Shown: in pieces, positions 11,666 through 23,698 of the stretch
How the letters are laid out: each line of letters begins with the position of its first letter
How positions within the stretch are numbered: the stretch's first letter is position 1
Assembly: GCA_023645945.1 (NCBI GenBank)
Contig: JALAIB010000047.1
Coordinates: 1 to 41,498 of the forward strand
Origin: Diploschistes diacapsis
Taxonomy: Eukaryota
Direction: 5' to 3'
Length of the DNA stretch: 41,498 bases
Translations under genes and position numbers: made by a program
Notes under the pieces: model-generated
Told to the model about the DNA's origin: nothing
Database searches by the model: none
What the model saw: only the letters and a program-made list of their open reading frames with translations

Positions 11666-12193
11666 CTAATTCGATCGTCCTTGCACATGGCCTGTAGTGG
11701 CGACTGTCAAGATCTCCTCCTCGAGGCCAGGAACATGCACAACAGAGACCCCATTTGCCTCAAGCCTCTGCCTGCCATGGTTGTGCTCCACAAACTTGTC
11801 TGGCTCCCAAACCCCAACATAGACGGTCTTGATGCCACCGTTGACCCCCCGTCTCGTGCGCAGGATCCTGTCGACACAGGGTGCGTTATCGCTGAGTCGC
11901 TTGCTGCATGGCTCCATCGTGGTGTACAGGACAGTCTTCTCTGGAAGATCCTGCAGCACTGCTTCTGCTTCTGCTTCTGCTTCAGTTCCCTGTCCATCGA
12001 CCTCGATAAGCTTCTGAAGGCAGCACTGCTCGGCATGCGTGTTTCCAGGGAGCTCCAGAGTGTAGCCCGTGGCCAGAACCTTGTCCCCTGCCTCGTCGAC
12101 GATCAGGGCACCAACCCGGAAATTCGTAGGCTTTGGCGGGGACTTGTAGGCTTCGGCAAGCGCGAGACGCATGTACTCGCGGTGCTTATCCAT
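11666..12193 (-). CDS. Cytidine-deaminase-like protein, probable DRAP deaminase (stand-alone Rib2 deaminase domain; riboflavin biosynthesis)
   Basis: MDKHREYMRLALAEAYKSPPKPTNFRVGA...GYTLELPGNTHAEQC...LYTTMEPCSKRLSDNAPCVDRI. Carries the Zn-binding HAE and PC..C motifs. First in-frame ATG at 12193. Confidence 0.8.
   Translation of the reverse strand: MDKHREYMRLALAEAYKSPPKPTNFRVGALIVDEAGDKVLATGYTLELPGNTHAEQCCLQKLIEVDGQGTEAEAEAEAVLQDLPEKTVLYTTMEPCSKRLSDNAPCVDRILRTRRGVNGGIKTVYVGVWEPDKFVEHNHGRQRLEANGVSVVHVPGLEEEILTVATTGHVQGRSN
11959..11983. repeat. (GCTTCT)n microsatellite encoding EAEAEAEA in the deaminase
   Basis: About 4 copies of the hexamer inside the CDS. Confidence 0.8.
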
Positions 12194-12300
12194 GACTAGT
12201 GGTAGCTCTGTAGCCTCTGTACAAAGTGAAGAATCGTTCAACTTATTTTATCACATTGAATCTTGGCGACCAATTGACTCGGTGTTTACGGCCTTATCTC

Positions 12301-12309
12301 CACGTGACC
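12301..12309 (-). promoter_or_regulatory. Cbf1-like E-box (GGTCACGTG on minus strand) in the 244-bp divergent deaminase/DnaJ promoter
   Basis: CACGTGACC on the plus strand, roughly midway between the two start codons. Motif match only. Confidence 0.3.
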
Positions 12310-12437
12310 GAGGTCATATAAGCGTTTTGCTACGCGTCTCCCCCCCACCGCTCAACGCGTCCGTACTTAGAAGTGCACCTCATACAGTCTGAAGCTTACC
12401 GACCTCACCTGCCCTGTCCCTCTGTCACTTGCGAGCA

Positions 12438-13409
12438 ATGGCTAAAGAAGAGCTTGAAAACATGGAGCCTCCAACCTCGATAGATCCGTATGCAACTTTG
12501 AATGTCGGTCTCACAGCGACCGCTGAAGAGGTCCGTGGCGCTTACAGAAAGCTCGCCCTCCGTCTGCACCCCGACAAAGCTGCCCCGGATGACCGCAACA
12601 AGGCACACCGGGCCTTCCAGGATCTCGCCTTCGCATACGCCATCCTCAGCGACGAACGCCGTCGCAAACGCTACGATGCTACGGGCAACACCTCGGAAAC
12701 TTTGGATCTGGACGACGATGACTTCAACTGGGGCGACTTCTTCCGCACGCAGTACTCGGAGCTAGTGACGGCAGAGAAGATCTCCGATTTCGAGAAGACG
12801 TACAAGAAAAGTGAGGAGGAGAGGCTTGATGTGCTGAAGGCGTACCGACAACGCAAGGGGAACATGAATGGGGTTTTCAACGACGTGATGCTGAGCAACC
12901 CTCTGGACGATGAAGACCGCTTCCGCGAGTACATCGATCGGGCAGTCGAGGGCGGAGAAGTCGAAGCTTTCAAGGCCTATGCCGAAGAGTCAGACAGGAG
13001 TCGCCAGGCACGCATGAAGAAGGCACAGAAGGAGAGGACAGAGGCCGAGGACCATGTCAAGGAGATGGGACCTAGCGCGAGGGGGAAGAAGGAAGGAGGC
13101 AAGAAAATCAAAGGAAAGACGGAAGACATCGGCGACCTTGCGTTGATGATCCAGCAGCGCAACGGACAGAGACGGGACAACTTTCTCGAAGGTCTTTTGG
13201 ACAAGTATGGCGGAAAGGGGAAGAAGAAGAGAGGCGCTCCTCCAGATCTAGACGAGCCGAGCGAGGAAGCGTTTGCAGAGATGGGAAGGAGGAAGAAGCA
13301 AAGAACTACGAAGAAAGACCAGGATGAGGCTGCCGAGCATGAGGGCGGAGGTCCGATAAAGAGATCGAAGTCTCCGAGGACCCGGAATGCTAGGAAGGCC
13401 AAGGCATGA
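12438..13409 (+). CDS. DnaJ-domain protein, DNAJC9-like
   Basis: J domain DPYATL...AYRKLALRLHPDK...FQDLAFAYAILSDERRRKRYDATG. Followed by W.DFFR, FEKTYKKSEEERLDVLKAY and DDEDRFREYID, then a basic NLS-like tail. Single exon. Confidence 0.88.
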   Translation: MAKEELENMEPPTSIDPYATLNVGLTATAEEVRGAYRKLALRLHPDKAAPDDRNKAHRAFQDLAFAYAILSDERRRKRYDATGNTSETLDLDDDDFNWGDFFRTQYSELVTAEKISDFEKTYKKSEEERLDVLKAYRQRKGNMNGVFNDVMLSNPLDDEDRFREYIDRAVEGGEVEAFKAYAEESDRSRQARMKKAQKERTEAEDHVKEMGPSARGKKEGGKKIKGKTEDIGDLALMIQQRNGQRRDNFLEGLLDKYGGKGKKKRGAPPDLDEPSEEAFAEMGRRKKQRTTKKDQDEAAEHEGGGPIKRSKSPRTRNARKAKA

Positions 13410-14133
13410 AGCAGTGGAAAATTTCCGCAATGGGTATTGCAGCTTGATGCATAGCGACGGTCGGACTGGGACTGGGCTGGCAATGGTAGTAAGCTTGGCG
13501 TTGAATCTGGACAGTTAGCCATTCAATAAAGACAAGAAGCTCGCTTTGAGGCATGGTGGTCCCGACCCCGGGGGACACGGCTATCTATCTATGCGCCTCT
13601 TGACGAAATCGCAGGCGCTGTGCTCAATGAAGCGGACATTGGTGCCGGTGTACGGGGATCATGGATAATAAGTTAGATTGTTTGCTGCAGGGTTGAGTAA
13701 TCAGTAGTAGTGTGAGTACGGAAGCAGGCTTGGAACACTCCTTTCTACAGTTGCATCCAACTTCCCACTTCGCGGTACAGACCCGACAGCGGTGGATGAT
13801 GATGGCAGCATAGCTCATCCAGACAACCGGATTGATCTTGTATCATAACAGTATATATTTATATTATATTTCGCCAGAACTGCTTTTTGCAGTAACAGTA
13901 GCATAACGATAGTACTGATTTGGTGCTACTGGGTACTAGTAGGTCTACTCTAGCCCTCGCGTGTAGCTTTGGCCTTGTCCTTTCCTTCCCCTTCTGCCTC
14001 TTTATGTCCTGATCACCCTTGTCGTTGAGCACCCCTTGCCCTCCCACACACTTTACCAGCCCTCCAAGCCCATCGGCCTAGACATTTTTCTTCATCCTGC
14101 ACCCTCTCCCGCGCGCTCCCTTGATAGGGCCGG

Positions 14134-15625
14134 ATGATGGAAGGACTCGTACCAACGCAGCTGAGCGTGCCATTACGCTCGCGCTCGCACTCGCGCTCCA
14201 CATCGTCGCTCATAGAAGCAGATTCGGTGAGCTTTGCACACATTCACTCTCTCCAGCTCGAAGTCTGACAGACAGGACCAGATACCACCGGGGGAAAATG
14301 AAGAACAGTAGCTTGCTCGACGCTGATTCCAGACAACCGTACTGATCTGATCACTGAAGGTTCGACGACCTGTCTTCTCTGACCTCGAGCATAGTCGACT
14401 ACGAATACGAGAACGGCCGAAGGTACCATGCTTATAGAGCCGGCCGTGAGTGATTTCCTTTCTCTATGGTATGCTACCACTAGGCGTTGACAGGGCATTC
14501 CCTAGACTATCCGCTTCCGAACGACGAGGTGAGAACCCTAGATGGGAACTGGAAACACAAGAGAATCACTGATTGGCTGCCAGAACGAGTTGGATCGCCT
14601 GGATCTCCAGCATCATGTCATTACACTCTTGCTCAACGGAGAGCTGCATATGGCGCCCTTGCACAACCCCGAGGACGTCCTCGACATCGGCACTGGCACG
14701 GGTATTTGGGCCATTGAAATGGCCGACCGCTATCCGCATGCACGTATTGTCGGCACCGACCTGTCGCCTGTGCAGCCGACATGGTGGGTTTTGCTGCTAT
14801 ATGTACAAACGAGGTGGATGAATCTTGCTTACTATCCTTGCTTTGCAGGGTACCGGACAATGTTAGCTTCGAGATTGACGACGTTGAAAGCGAATGGCTC
14901 TATCCAAAGAACCACTTTGATCACATCCACGTCCGCTTCATGGCCTGTTCCATTGCGGATTGGAAGCGCATGATAGCAAATGCCTACAGGCGAGTTCTTC
15001 GGTCTTTTCAGGCCCAGGGCATGCCTAACTTATCGACAGTCACTGCAAACCTGGCGGCTATCTCGAACTATCGGAGATGGACCCAACATTGCTTTCGGAT
15101 GACGGCACCGATGTCAATTCTGTACACTACAAGGAGTTCATAAAGCTGATGTTCGAAGCTTCGGATATCTACAAGCGACCTATTCCGAGGAAGCAGGAAC
15201 TAAAACCCTGGGTCGAGGAGGCTGGCTTTGTCGATGTGAAGGAGCACAACTTCAAGGTCCCCGTTAACAGCTGGCCGAGAGACCGTAAGCTGAAAGAACT
15301 TGGAAAATACCAGTGCATGAACTACAGCGATGGGCTCGAGGCTATTTCAGTTGGTCTTTTTACGAGAGCCTTGAAATGGCAGCCCATGGAAATCTCCGTC
15401 TTCCTCCCACGGATACGGAAAGAGCTTAAAGACCGCGACCTCCATCTTTACCAATACTTGTCAGTAGATCATAGCGGCCACCGTACACCCTCGAGCTGAC
15501 TCCGCAGTAGTACGATCGTCACGGGGAGGAAACCCTTTCCCCAAGAAGTACAGCAGCGTAGCCAGCAATCTTCCTCACTTCCAGAGCTAAACAAGCGGTC
15601 AATCCACTCAAATGGATCATTGTAA
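14134..15625 (+). CDS. SAM-dependent methyltransferase, LaeA-like/TAM-domain family, about 370 aa, 8 exons
   Basis: Exons 14134-14226, 14276-14307, 14360-14445, 14506-14528, 14584-14783, 14849-14989, 15040-15459, 15508-15625. Motifs SLTSSIVDYEYENGRRYH, YPLPNDENELDRLDLQH, VLDIGTGTGIWAI, GTDLSPVQP.WVPDNVSFEIDD, FDHIHVR, KPGGYLE, EAGFVDV. The first two exons are less certain. Confidence 0.85.
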
Positions 15626-16699
15626 GATTCATCAGCAACACTACCAGGCCCATGCCGCAGCCAGAATTGTCCGCAAGTCAGGAATGGCCTCCAACCTCGG
15701 CGCAGCTGAACGGTTTTTGGGGCGTTCCACAGTATCCATCGATCCAATCTTTGGCAGAGATACTGTCCCTCATGCTTCCTCGGAAGATGCGGAAGCCTGG
15801 ACTTTCACAGGGTGCGGTTCAAGAGATGTCGCATTAGTTGATGCTCTCGATGTGCAGCAACGGCTCCGTTGCAGAGACTTTCGCTGCGGGCTGCGGCATT
15901 TTCGTTTTCGGAGACATATCTTACAAAACACATTGCCTAAATACTCAATCAGCTAGTCAACCTTACATTTACCTTTTTTTTCCCCCTCAAGCGGAGTTCA
16001 ATAGGGACGAAGAGTCCAGCTACGCAGGAAGACGTGCTTTTCGCGTTCGAGCGTTGGGGTGGTGTTGATTGGTAGATTCCCCCATTTCCAACTATCCATT
16101 GGCCACACCCACGACGCCCTCTCAAACGAGTTCCATGGTAGGTTAGCATAGAATGTTATGAAAGGGACGTTGGCACGCGGTCCGGGGAGTATACCGGTAT
16201 TGGCCAAAAAAGAAAGAGAAAAAAAAGGCCCTCGTTAGGCTCGAAAGCACAGCGGGCATAAGCTGCAGGAAGAAACATACAGGCATCGTGCGCCCGGGTT
16301 GATCCAGGCAAGGTTTTGGAGAAGGTAAACTATTGGCCAGAAGCGCTTCCTTCAAGACGCCATAGAAGGTCCTCTGCACATGCACACGCACACACAGACA
16401 CATGCCTTACGCCCCTCAAACGCCCTTCCTCTGTAAGTGAAGCTGTCCCAAAATAAAGAAAAAGGCAACAAGGCTTCGAAACGGAACCAGATCAGGAAGC
16501 CAATGAGGTTCTTTATTTAAAGAAAAAATTTCCAACCCGTGACCTCTTCCACACTCAAAAGCCCAGCCGGTCTAGACGTGGCGTGGCGTGGCTGATATAC
16601 GGCCCACACACAAACTCGTTCCCCTCATATATATAACTCATGATCTCGGCATAAAAGTTTCCATAACCCCCAAGTCCCGTGCAACACCAAATCGGCAGC

Positions 16700-16723
16700 G
16701 TAGCCGTAGCCGTAGCCGTAGCC
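16700..16723. repeat. (GTAGCC)4 microsatellite just downstream of the FAD oxidoreductase stop
   Basis: Four perfect hexamer copies. Confidence 0.85.
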
Positions 16724-16768
16724 ACGCGACGTTCCGCTGCTCCTTGTTCTCCTTCCTTGTGGACCATG

Positions 16769-18658
16769 TCATCGCTGCCCCAGAGCCTTCCTTCCAAACG
16801 CCCTCGCCACGCAGGCCCGGTCCGCTCGGAAAGTGCGGGGCAGCCACTCTCCCACCGACTCGCCCGCGCCCGTGACCATCAGCGCAAGAGCCTCGGCGGA
16901 GCGGAAAGCCAGAGCCATGCCTGCGGCGTGAGGCGAGGGAAGATTAGCGGGGCGTCCCGTGCGAAGACAAAGAAAGGGGGGGGGTGGGGGGTTGGATGAG
17001 ATGAAGCAGGCTTCGTTGTTGATAGAGGCATACAAAAAAAAAAGCCCAAGTGCGAAAAAGAGAGGAGGGGATCGTATCGTTGGAACAAGATGGGAGGTGG
17101 AGAAAAAAAACCCCGGGCTCGATCGAAGGAACGATGAAATATGATGGGAAGACGATCGCAGTTACCTACCGTGTCCGTTGAACCCTGCGCAAACCCACAT
17201 TCCCTTCTTGCCCGGGACTTCTCCAACAACCGGGTTCTCGTCCGGCGTCAGCCCCACGATGCCTGTCCACTCTCTCTCCACCTCCCCGCCCTTCTCACCC
17301 CAGTTCTCAGGCCCAAAATGCCGCTCCCGTAGCGCGGAGCCCAGATACGTCGAGATTCTCTCGTTCACCGTGGCGTCGTCCGTGCAGTGCCGCTCCCAGG
17401 TGGGCGAGAGGAAGCGGCCGCCGCCGAAGACGACGGTGCGGGCTTCCGAGCGTGGGTCGTGAGCAGCAGCAGCAGAGCGGACGCGCTTGCAGGCCATGTA
17501 GTCGCTTCCGTAGACGCCGGGCGTGTGCGTGGCGAAGACGAACGCCACGGAGTATTTGGCGAGGAAGGCTGGCGAGGCCGCGATGCGGTTTCCTGGACGC
17601 TGCGCGGTGCACTGGTTGCGGACGGGCGTGAGGAAGGCGGAGGCCTGCGGCAGGAGGTGCGAGGTGTAGCCGTTCGTGGCAAGCAGCACGGCTCCTGTCC
17701 GGATGTCGCCGCGGATCGTACAGACCGTCCACGACGGAGCTACTCCCGCCACCTCCTCCGCACTGGTAGCATCGGCAGCGGCAACGGCAGCAGCAGCGGC
17801 AGGCTCGATAGACAGCACGGGCGTATGCGTGTACAGCTCCAGCCCTTTCTCCAGTCCCCTCCGCAGCACCCCGCACACGAACTCGTACGGGCTCAGCGTA
17901 TACGCGCCGAAGCTCACCGCGCCGACAGCCCCGGGGGTACCAAACTTCCGCCTCGCCTCGTCCGCGCTCCACGCCCACCGCTCCTGCGCTTCCCCGCGCT
18001 GGATGTCCCCCGCCAGCGCGGCACGCCGCGAGGCCACGGCCGCCAGCGCCTCCGCGAAGGCGCCCTCGTCCTCGAACACGTCGACCGTCTCGACGTGTTC
18101 CAGGTCGCACGCGATCCCCTGCTCCCGCGCAAACGTCGCCACGCCGCGCACGTTGCTCTCCTCGAGGCGCGCGATCCGACCGGCCTCCGCCGTACCGTAC
18201 GCGGCGCTGTCCCGGGCGAAGCTCGTGTAGCGGCCGGGGCGGCAGTGGCCGCCTGGAGGGTGCTGTTAGCCTCGCTTCGATGCATGCATTTTTTTGAGGG
18301 AACAATAAAGTAGAAGAGAGATATGGACATAAAAGTAGTCTAGCAATGTGAAGGCGGCAGATGGTGTTCCGAATACGGAAAATCCGACCTGGGGGACAAC
18401 GCGCTCCATACCATTCCGTCCAGAGGCACCGCTACATGCGTCCCTAGCTTCCAACAGGACCACCTTGGCCGAAGGTTTTCTTTCGAGTAATCTGTACGCA
18501 AGGCTCGAGCCCGTGATACCTGAGCCGATGACTACATAGTCCGCAGATGTTGGGGGCACTTCGTTGCTAAGGTGGTCCCCAAGGGGACTCTTTGGGACTT
18601 GCCAGTGGCTTGTGGTGGGGTTCGCGCAGGGCAAATCAGCAGGAGAAGGAACGAGCAT
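16769..18658 (-). CDS. FAD-dependent oxidoreductase, DAO/glycine-oxidase family, about 493 aa, 3 exons
   Basis: Exons 18658-18412, 18252-17170, 16920-16769. Motifs DYVVIGSGITG (Rossmann), LLEARDACSGASGRNGGH, VLLATNGY, WTGIVGLTPDENPVVGEVPG, CAGFNGHGMA, WLP. Confidence 0.88.
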
Positions 18659-19023
18659 CGTGCACGTCTAGTTCGCTAAACTTGTTTCTCAAGTCAGGAA
18701 CTAAAAAGCATGGAGAACAGCAAGAATTGTTATGCTGTGCTTCCTGTATATATAAAGGGGGCGGAATAAGGTTCCGTGAACGTCGTCGGAGTTCGCAGAC
18801 CCAGTTCCGCAGATTTAACAGGACAAGTCGCTTTGCCTGTTGTTATAGAGCAGCCCTGTGAGGGCAACTTGCGCCCCCCCCCATTAAACCACCTAGAGTA
18901 CAGACGCTTGTCGTTCGCCAACTGCGGCTTGGGTAAACCCACCCTTTCTGCCTGTCCAATGGTTTTTATATAGTTATTACGCCCGGAAATCCAGGCGCAA
19001 GCTTCAATCGTGCACCAGCCATT

Positions 19024-20729
19024 TCACAGTGCAGGTGCAAGCCAAGCCTCTCGAAGTATCTTCATCAGCGCCGACTGCTTGTGAGGCAACGGAACTTCCC
19101 TCTCCTTGAAGAAGCCGGCCTCTTCGAGATAACTAATGAATCTGACTTTGTCAGACTGTATCACCTGCTTTCGAAGCGTCAGAACTTACTTGGGGTTGTC
19201 AATTCTCGGCTCCGCCAGCACTCTATTCGTTCTCTGATCGGCAAGCCAACAGTAATGTATGAGAGCGCTAAGCCAGACTTTCACCCGGTCTTTTCCTCGA
19301 AATTCCTGCTCGCCTATGAGAACATGAATGCCACGATCCCAGTCACCGGCAGCTCCACTATCGACAAGTGCTCCGAGCCGGTCTTCCTTTACCCAATATA
19401 TCTCGAAGTAGCCGAACGGTTTTCCATCCCAGCATCCAATGGCAGGAAAGCTGTGTCGACTGCTCAGAGAGGCGCGAAGAAATTCTTCCTGGACCGAGGC
19501 AGAACCTTGAACGCCCCAGAATGCACTGACCCGCGGCTCGTTCATCCATTTGTGTAAGAGCTCAAGGTCTGTAGGCGACTGGGGAGGGCTGTTGGCGACC
19601 CTTGACACGGAAGACGGTGTTAGAGCAGAGCCCGGTGGTAAGAACGAGGGCGAAGGCGTGGATGCTACAGGCCCCTTGTGCGAGACGGACTCGTTGGAAA
19701 GAGAGGCAACACGGAACGAAAGGTACTGGCCTGTGGACGGTACGTATCTTGTGTAGAATGTCTCCCCTTGACGGGGTGGTTTGGAGCGTAGAGGATGCCG
19801 AACGTTGTTTGTGTAGACGTATTGTGCTGGATGAGGTGGGTAGTATGTGGGTTGATGACTAGACGAGGCAAAGGGACCAGCATCGGGCGAGGGCGACCAC
19901 AGGCCTTGAGCTGGACCCTCAGCAAACACACGATTTGTCGGTGATTGTAGGCTCTCTCTGCTTGGCGAGCTCGGCCGTGAGCTATATGGAGTGCCAGGTG
20001 GGAATGGGGAGCCGTGAGTTGGACTCAATGTGAATAGAAAGATACGCGCGTCAATCTGCCAGAACGCCCTTTGACTCACGAAAATCTTCTCCCAGCCCTT
20101 GTCGTGCTTCTCATCTTCGGCTCCAACGCTAGAGATCTCAGTAGCGACCAGGCCCATACGCTCCAATTTGGGAAGCAGATGACGACCGTGGAGGATCCCT
20201 TCCCTCTTTATCCTTATCCGCCACTCGCCCTTTGGCCAACCGGAGCTGGCCGTTTTGGCAGACGCAGCTGTTCTCCGCTGAGCTTCAGGCTCGGACTTGG
20301 AGCAGTTAGCAAACGACGTACGCCGACCAACAAGATGCAAGACCCACGCACCTGGTGGAAGTACCACCACAGTGTCGCCCATAGCATCATCGCAATCTGA
20401 CGGGTAGGCGAGGATGCTGGCTTAAAATCGCTGCTACTGGGATTCGAGATGGACGAGATGAACAGGGCATCATTCTGCAGTGTTGGCCTTCTGTACTTGT
20501 GGATATGGCTCAATCTCGGTCGGTGTGTATCTTCTTCCAGATCAAGGCTGCTCTGGGGCTCCTCTTCGAAATCTTCATCATCTTCGCTATGTAAGACTAT
20601 AGTCCAGCCCGGGGGCATCTGAGAATGTTGGTGGACGTTGAGATCATTGAATTTGAAATACAGTCCACCATAGACCCCGGAGACGGTTATGGTCTGTCCA
20701 TTAGGAAGGTGAAGGATATTAGGCGCCAT
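19024..20729 (-). CDS. sidL: N5-hydroxyornithine acetyltransferase (IucB/AlcB-type C-terminal GNAT domain), SidL orthologue, about 533 aa, 3 exons
   Basis: Exons 20729-20352, 20295-19190, 19141-19024. C-terminal motifs [58 protein letters not shown]-terminal LPNGQ...PPGW...RPTLQND...[20 protein letters not shown] resembles SidL rather than SidF. No PTS1 and no adjacent NRPS. Confidence 0.8.
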
Positions 20730-21264
20730 CGGTCAAGAATACAAAAGCGTCACGATGGGCTATTTACTTCGTACTCACCGGTTGGCCGACATCATGGCTC
20801 TGGACCAAATTTCTTTGGAGAGCAGTAGGTCAGTAGATGCTGTAGACAGATGGAAGAACAGCCTGGAATTGTATAGCCACGAGTGGACCCGCGGTAAAAC
20901 TGGAGGAAGATCAAGACGACTTCCTCTGTTCTCCAGCTGCCCCAGAAAATACAGTCTGCATACAGAGTTTGGGGATTTTTCAGGATAGATCATACTCATC
21001 TACGACAATTTACATCTGCCCCCAAAAATAGCCTCATGCATATATTCATTGCGTTCACGTCGATGTCGATTTAGACACAATAAAGATCCCGGATTATATA
21101 CTAGAAATAGCCGCGATTCATGGATCTCCAAGCTTACAAGCTTCCAAATCTACCCGAATGCATCATTAATATCATTGCAAAATTGGACGCAAGTCAGAAC
21201 CATTCGGAAAAGGTCCCACCGCTATGAACGCCATCGCTATGCTCAAGAACAGCAGTCACGTTCA

Positions 21265-23698
21265 TCATGCGTAGCGCACGCTCTGGCCTGCGTAGCTACC
21301 ATGGCTTTGAGGTGGTGGAGCATTCCAGCCTCCGGTATGGCTAGGCCACTGCTGGTGGTGCATAGGAGTAGCACCCGCCTTTCCGGCTGGGCGTTTGGGC
21401 TTCCGACAGCTACGGATTATGCAGAAAAGGATCGATAGCACAAGGAGTCCTCCGATACCGGACGACAGGCCAATCACCAGCGCTTGATGCTGATTCACCC
21501 ACGACGAGATTTCGTTGCCGACGCTTGAGCCCTGACAAACTCCCTATTAACGGTCAGTCCAATCCGTAACACGGCATATCCAGAATAGCAACACTCACGT
21601 TCGAGCAAGAACCCCCTCCCCCGCAAGGGATTCCGTCCAAAAAATTCTGCTGCATCTGGTAGCATTCATTGGCCGGAAACTGGGGAGACGCGCAGGTCAA
21701 GGTGCAATCAGTGTCGTCGCAGGCATGGGTGTCGTTGTTCGTAGTCAGCGAACCCATGAGTGTCTTGCACTGCTGATCCCGAGAAGTGCATTGCCCACTC
21801 GCACACTGTAGACCACTGGCACATGATTGACCGTTCGGAGCCACTTGATCGGCAGGGCAAGCGGCGTTCGTTCCAGAACAAACTTCCTGCGGATCACAGA
21901 CACCCGTACTTGCTCTACACACTGTACCATTTGTAGAAAATTGACAGTTGTGGCAACAGTCCTCGTTGGCGTCATCGCAGACCGCGTTGTTGATGAACCT
22001 GCATGTCGTTGGGTTACAGCAACTATCGCCCTCGCAGCCGCCGGGACCTCCACAATCGCAGTCCTCGCCTTCTTCAACGATGCCATTGCCGCACTGTTGG
22101 CCGGTGATTGTCGTGACGCCTTTGTTGTCGGAGAGACAGCTCGACTGCACGCTGTTGAGTTTCATGGCTGAGCAAATGTTGCCAATGGTACAGGCGCTGA
22201 AGCTGTTGATGTTGCTGCCAGTGGATGGATTCATGATGAATTGTCCACCCGCATCACATGTTGTTGAGCTGAGAGGGCAACATTGCTGAGCCTGCACAGT
22301 CGTCCCATCGCTGCATGTTTGGCTGTCACAATCATGCACAGCACCGAACATGTGCCCGGATTCGTGCGCTATGACTTGCCATTCCGTGCTGGTTTTTGCT
22401 ACCACGTTTGCGCCCGAAGTGCTCTCGTTATTTCCCGTTGTGACCTTGTTCACGCAAAGCTCGCCCAGCCAAGACAGACCGACTTCCGCACCGGTGTTGC
22501 AATTGGTGAGGAGCATCCAATAGGCATTGTCGTCCTGAAATTGACCGCGCCACTGAGAGAAGGTGTTGAGTCGATCGGTTATGGTTGTTTCGCCGTCGCA
22601 ACCGATGTTCCAGGGCGCCGTGGAGGGAGGGGATCCCGGACAAGTCGCATTGCTCACTGTGAGGTTCTGCAGTCCCAGCGTTATGTTGAATGTCTTTTCG
22701 TAAACCTCGGATGCCGTATTGATCGTCTGAATGACGTGAGAGCGAGCATCCTCGTTGGAATTAAAGGTAGCAGTGTAGGTGCAATCTGTCGCTACGCCTA
22801 TCAGAGCAACCTTCCGCGTTGAAGGACAGCCAGCCGTCTGACCGATAGTGGAGATGAGATTTGCGCCTCCAGAATTTCCCCCGGTTGGCATGCCGCTGGT
22901 GTCGATCTGTCTCTTTGCAAATAACGAAGATAACGAGGTGGAACCCCATCTCGATCTCGACAGGTCTCGTTTCACCATGCCCCAATAAACGGGATGGTTT
23001 GGATTCGAGTTGAAGTGCAGCTGATCGGCAGAGCAAGCCAGTTCCCTCTCGCGCCTTTTGAGTCCTTGATGCCCGCCCCTTCTGATCGTATCAGAGTCCC
23101 GCCATAAAACCATGTCATTCTCAAAAGAAAGGCCCATAAGGGGGTCGTGCTCGTGCATTGTCTCAAGATATTTTGACCGTAGCTGGACATGATGGTTGTC
23201 GTGCACGATGGAAAAGGCACCCTCGAAAAGAGGGCTTGGTCCGTCCGTTACCACGTTAATCCTCGCCCATCCGACGTTACTCCAGCTTCCATCTCCGTTT
23301 TCGGCCCATACACCGCCCTTGAATACTCTGTGCTGGCTGCGATCGATGGGCTCCCACCTCTGAGCCTCGCCTTTGTCATTGAGATAAGTGACACCTGCGC
23401 CTTCGGGGATAATATCATAATTTGGCTCCAAGCTAAGCCTTGTCCGGCGCTCTGAACTGTGTATCCTAAAAACGATATCGAAGCGGGAGAGGGCATGAAC
23501 GCGATGGGATGGCGTATGTATTACCGGGTCATCGATAGTCAAGAGTGAGCGCAATGGCCTACGACTTTGAGAATGTGCTGAACTGTTATGTCAACGTGTT
23601 TGCTCGTCAACCGTAAGAGGTGTTTACAAACCAAGCGCAGAGTGGGAGAGAAAGACAACGAGACAAACAACAATAGTCAGCCGTGGCAAGAGTCGCAT
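21265..23698 (-). CDS. ADAM family zinc metalloprotease (ADM-B-like), about 774 aa, 3 exons
   Basis: Exons 23698-23632, 23577-21599, 21543-21265. Signal peptide, prodomain with KR sites, HESGHMFGAVHD zinc motif with Met-turn FIMNP, disintegrin CGNGIVEEGEDCDCG, Cys-rich domain, TM helix LVIGLSSGIGGLLVLSILFCII, short tail. Confidence 0.93.

Noticed and set aside
15626..16768. Small ORFs between the methyltransferase and the FAD oxidoreductase
   Set aside because: No motifs or convincing splice structure. The region is consistent with convergent 3' UTRs containing simple repeats.
17307..18313. Long overlapping ORFs (332 aa minus, 308 aa plus) over the FAD oxidoreductase
   Set aside because: These are Arg/Gly/Ala-rich shadow frames expected from very high GC, with no recognisable motifs.
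16921..18411. Intronic snoRNA, stwintron or TPP riboswitch in the long FAD-oxidoreductase introns
   Set aside because: I found no C/D or H/ACA box arrangement, nested splice signals or TPP aptamer core by eye. An Infernal/Rfam scan would be needed to exclude them fully.
14134..20729. Secondary-metabolite or siderophore cluster (methyltransferase, FAD oxidoreductase, SidL)
   Set aside because: There is no NRPS/PKS, ornithine monooxygenase, transporter or pathway regulator. SidL orthologues are typically unclustered.
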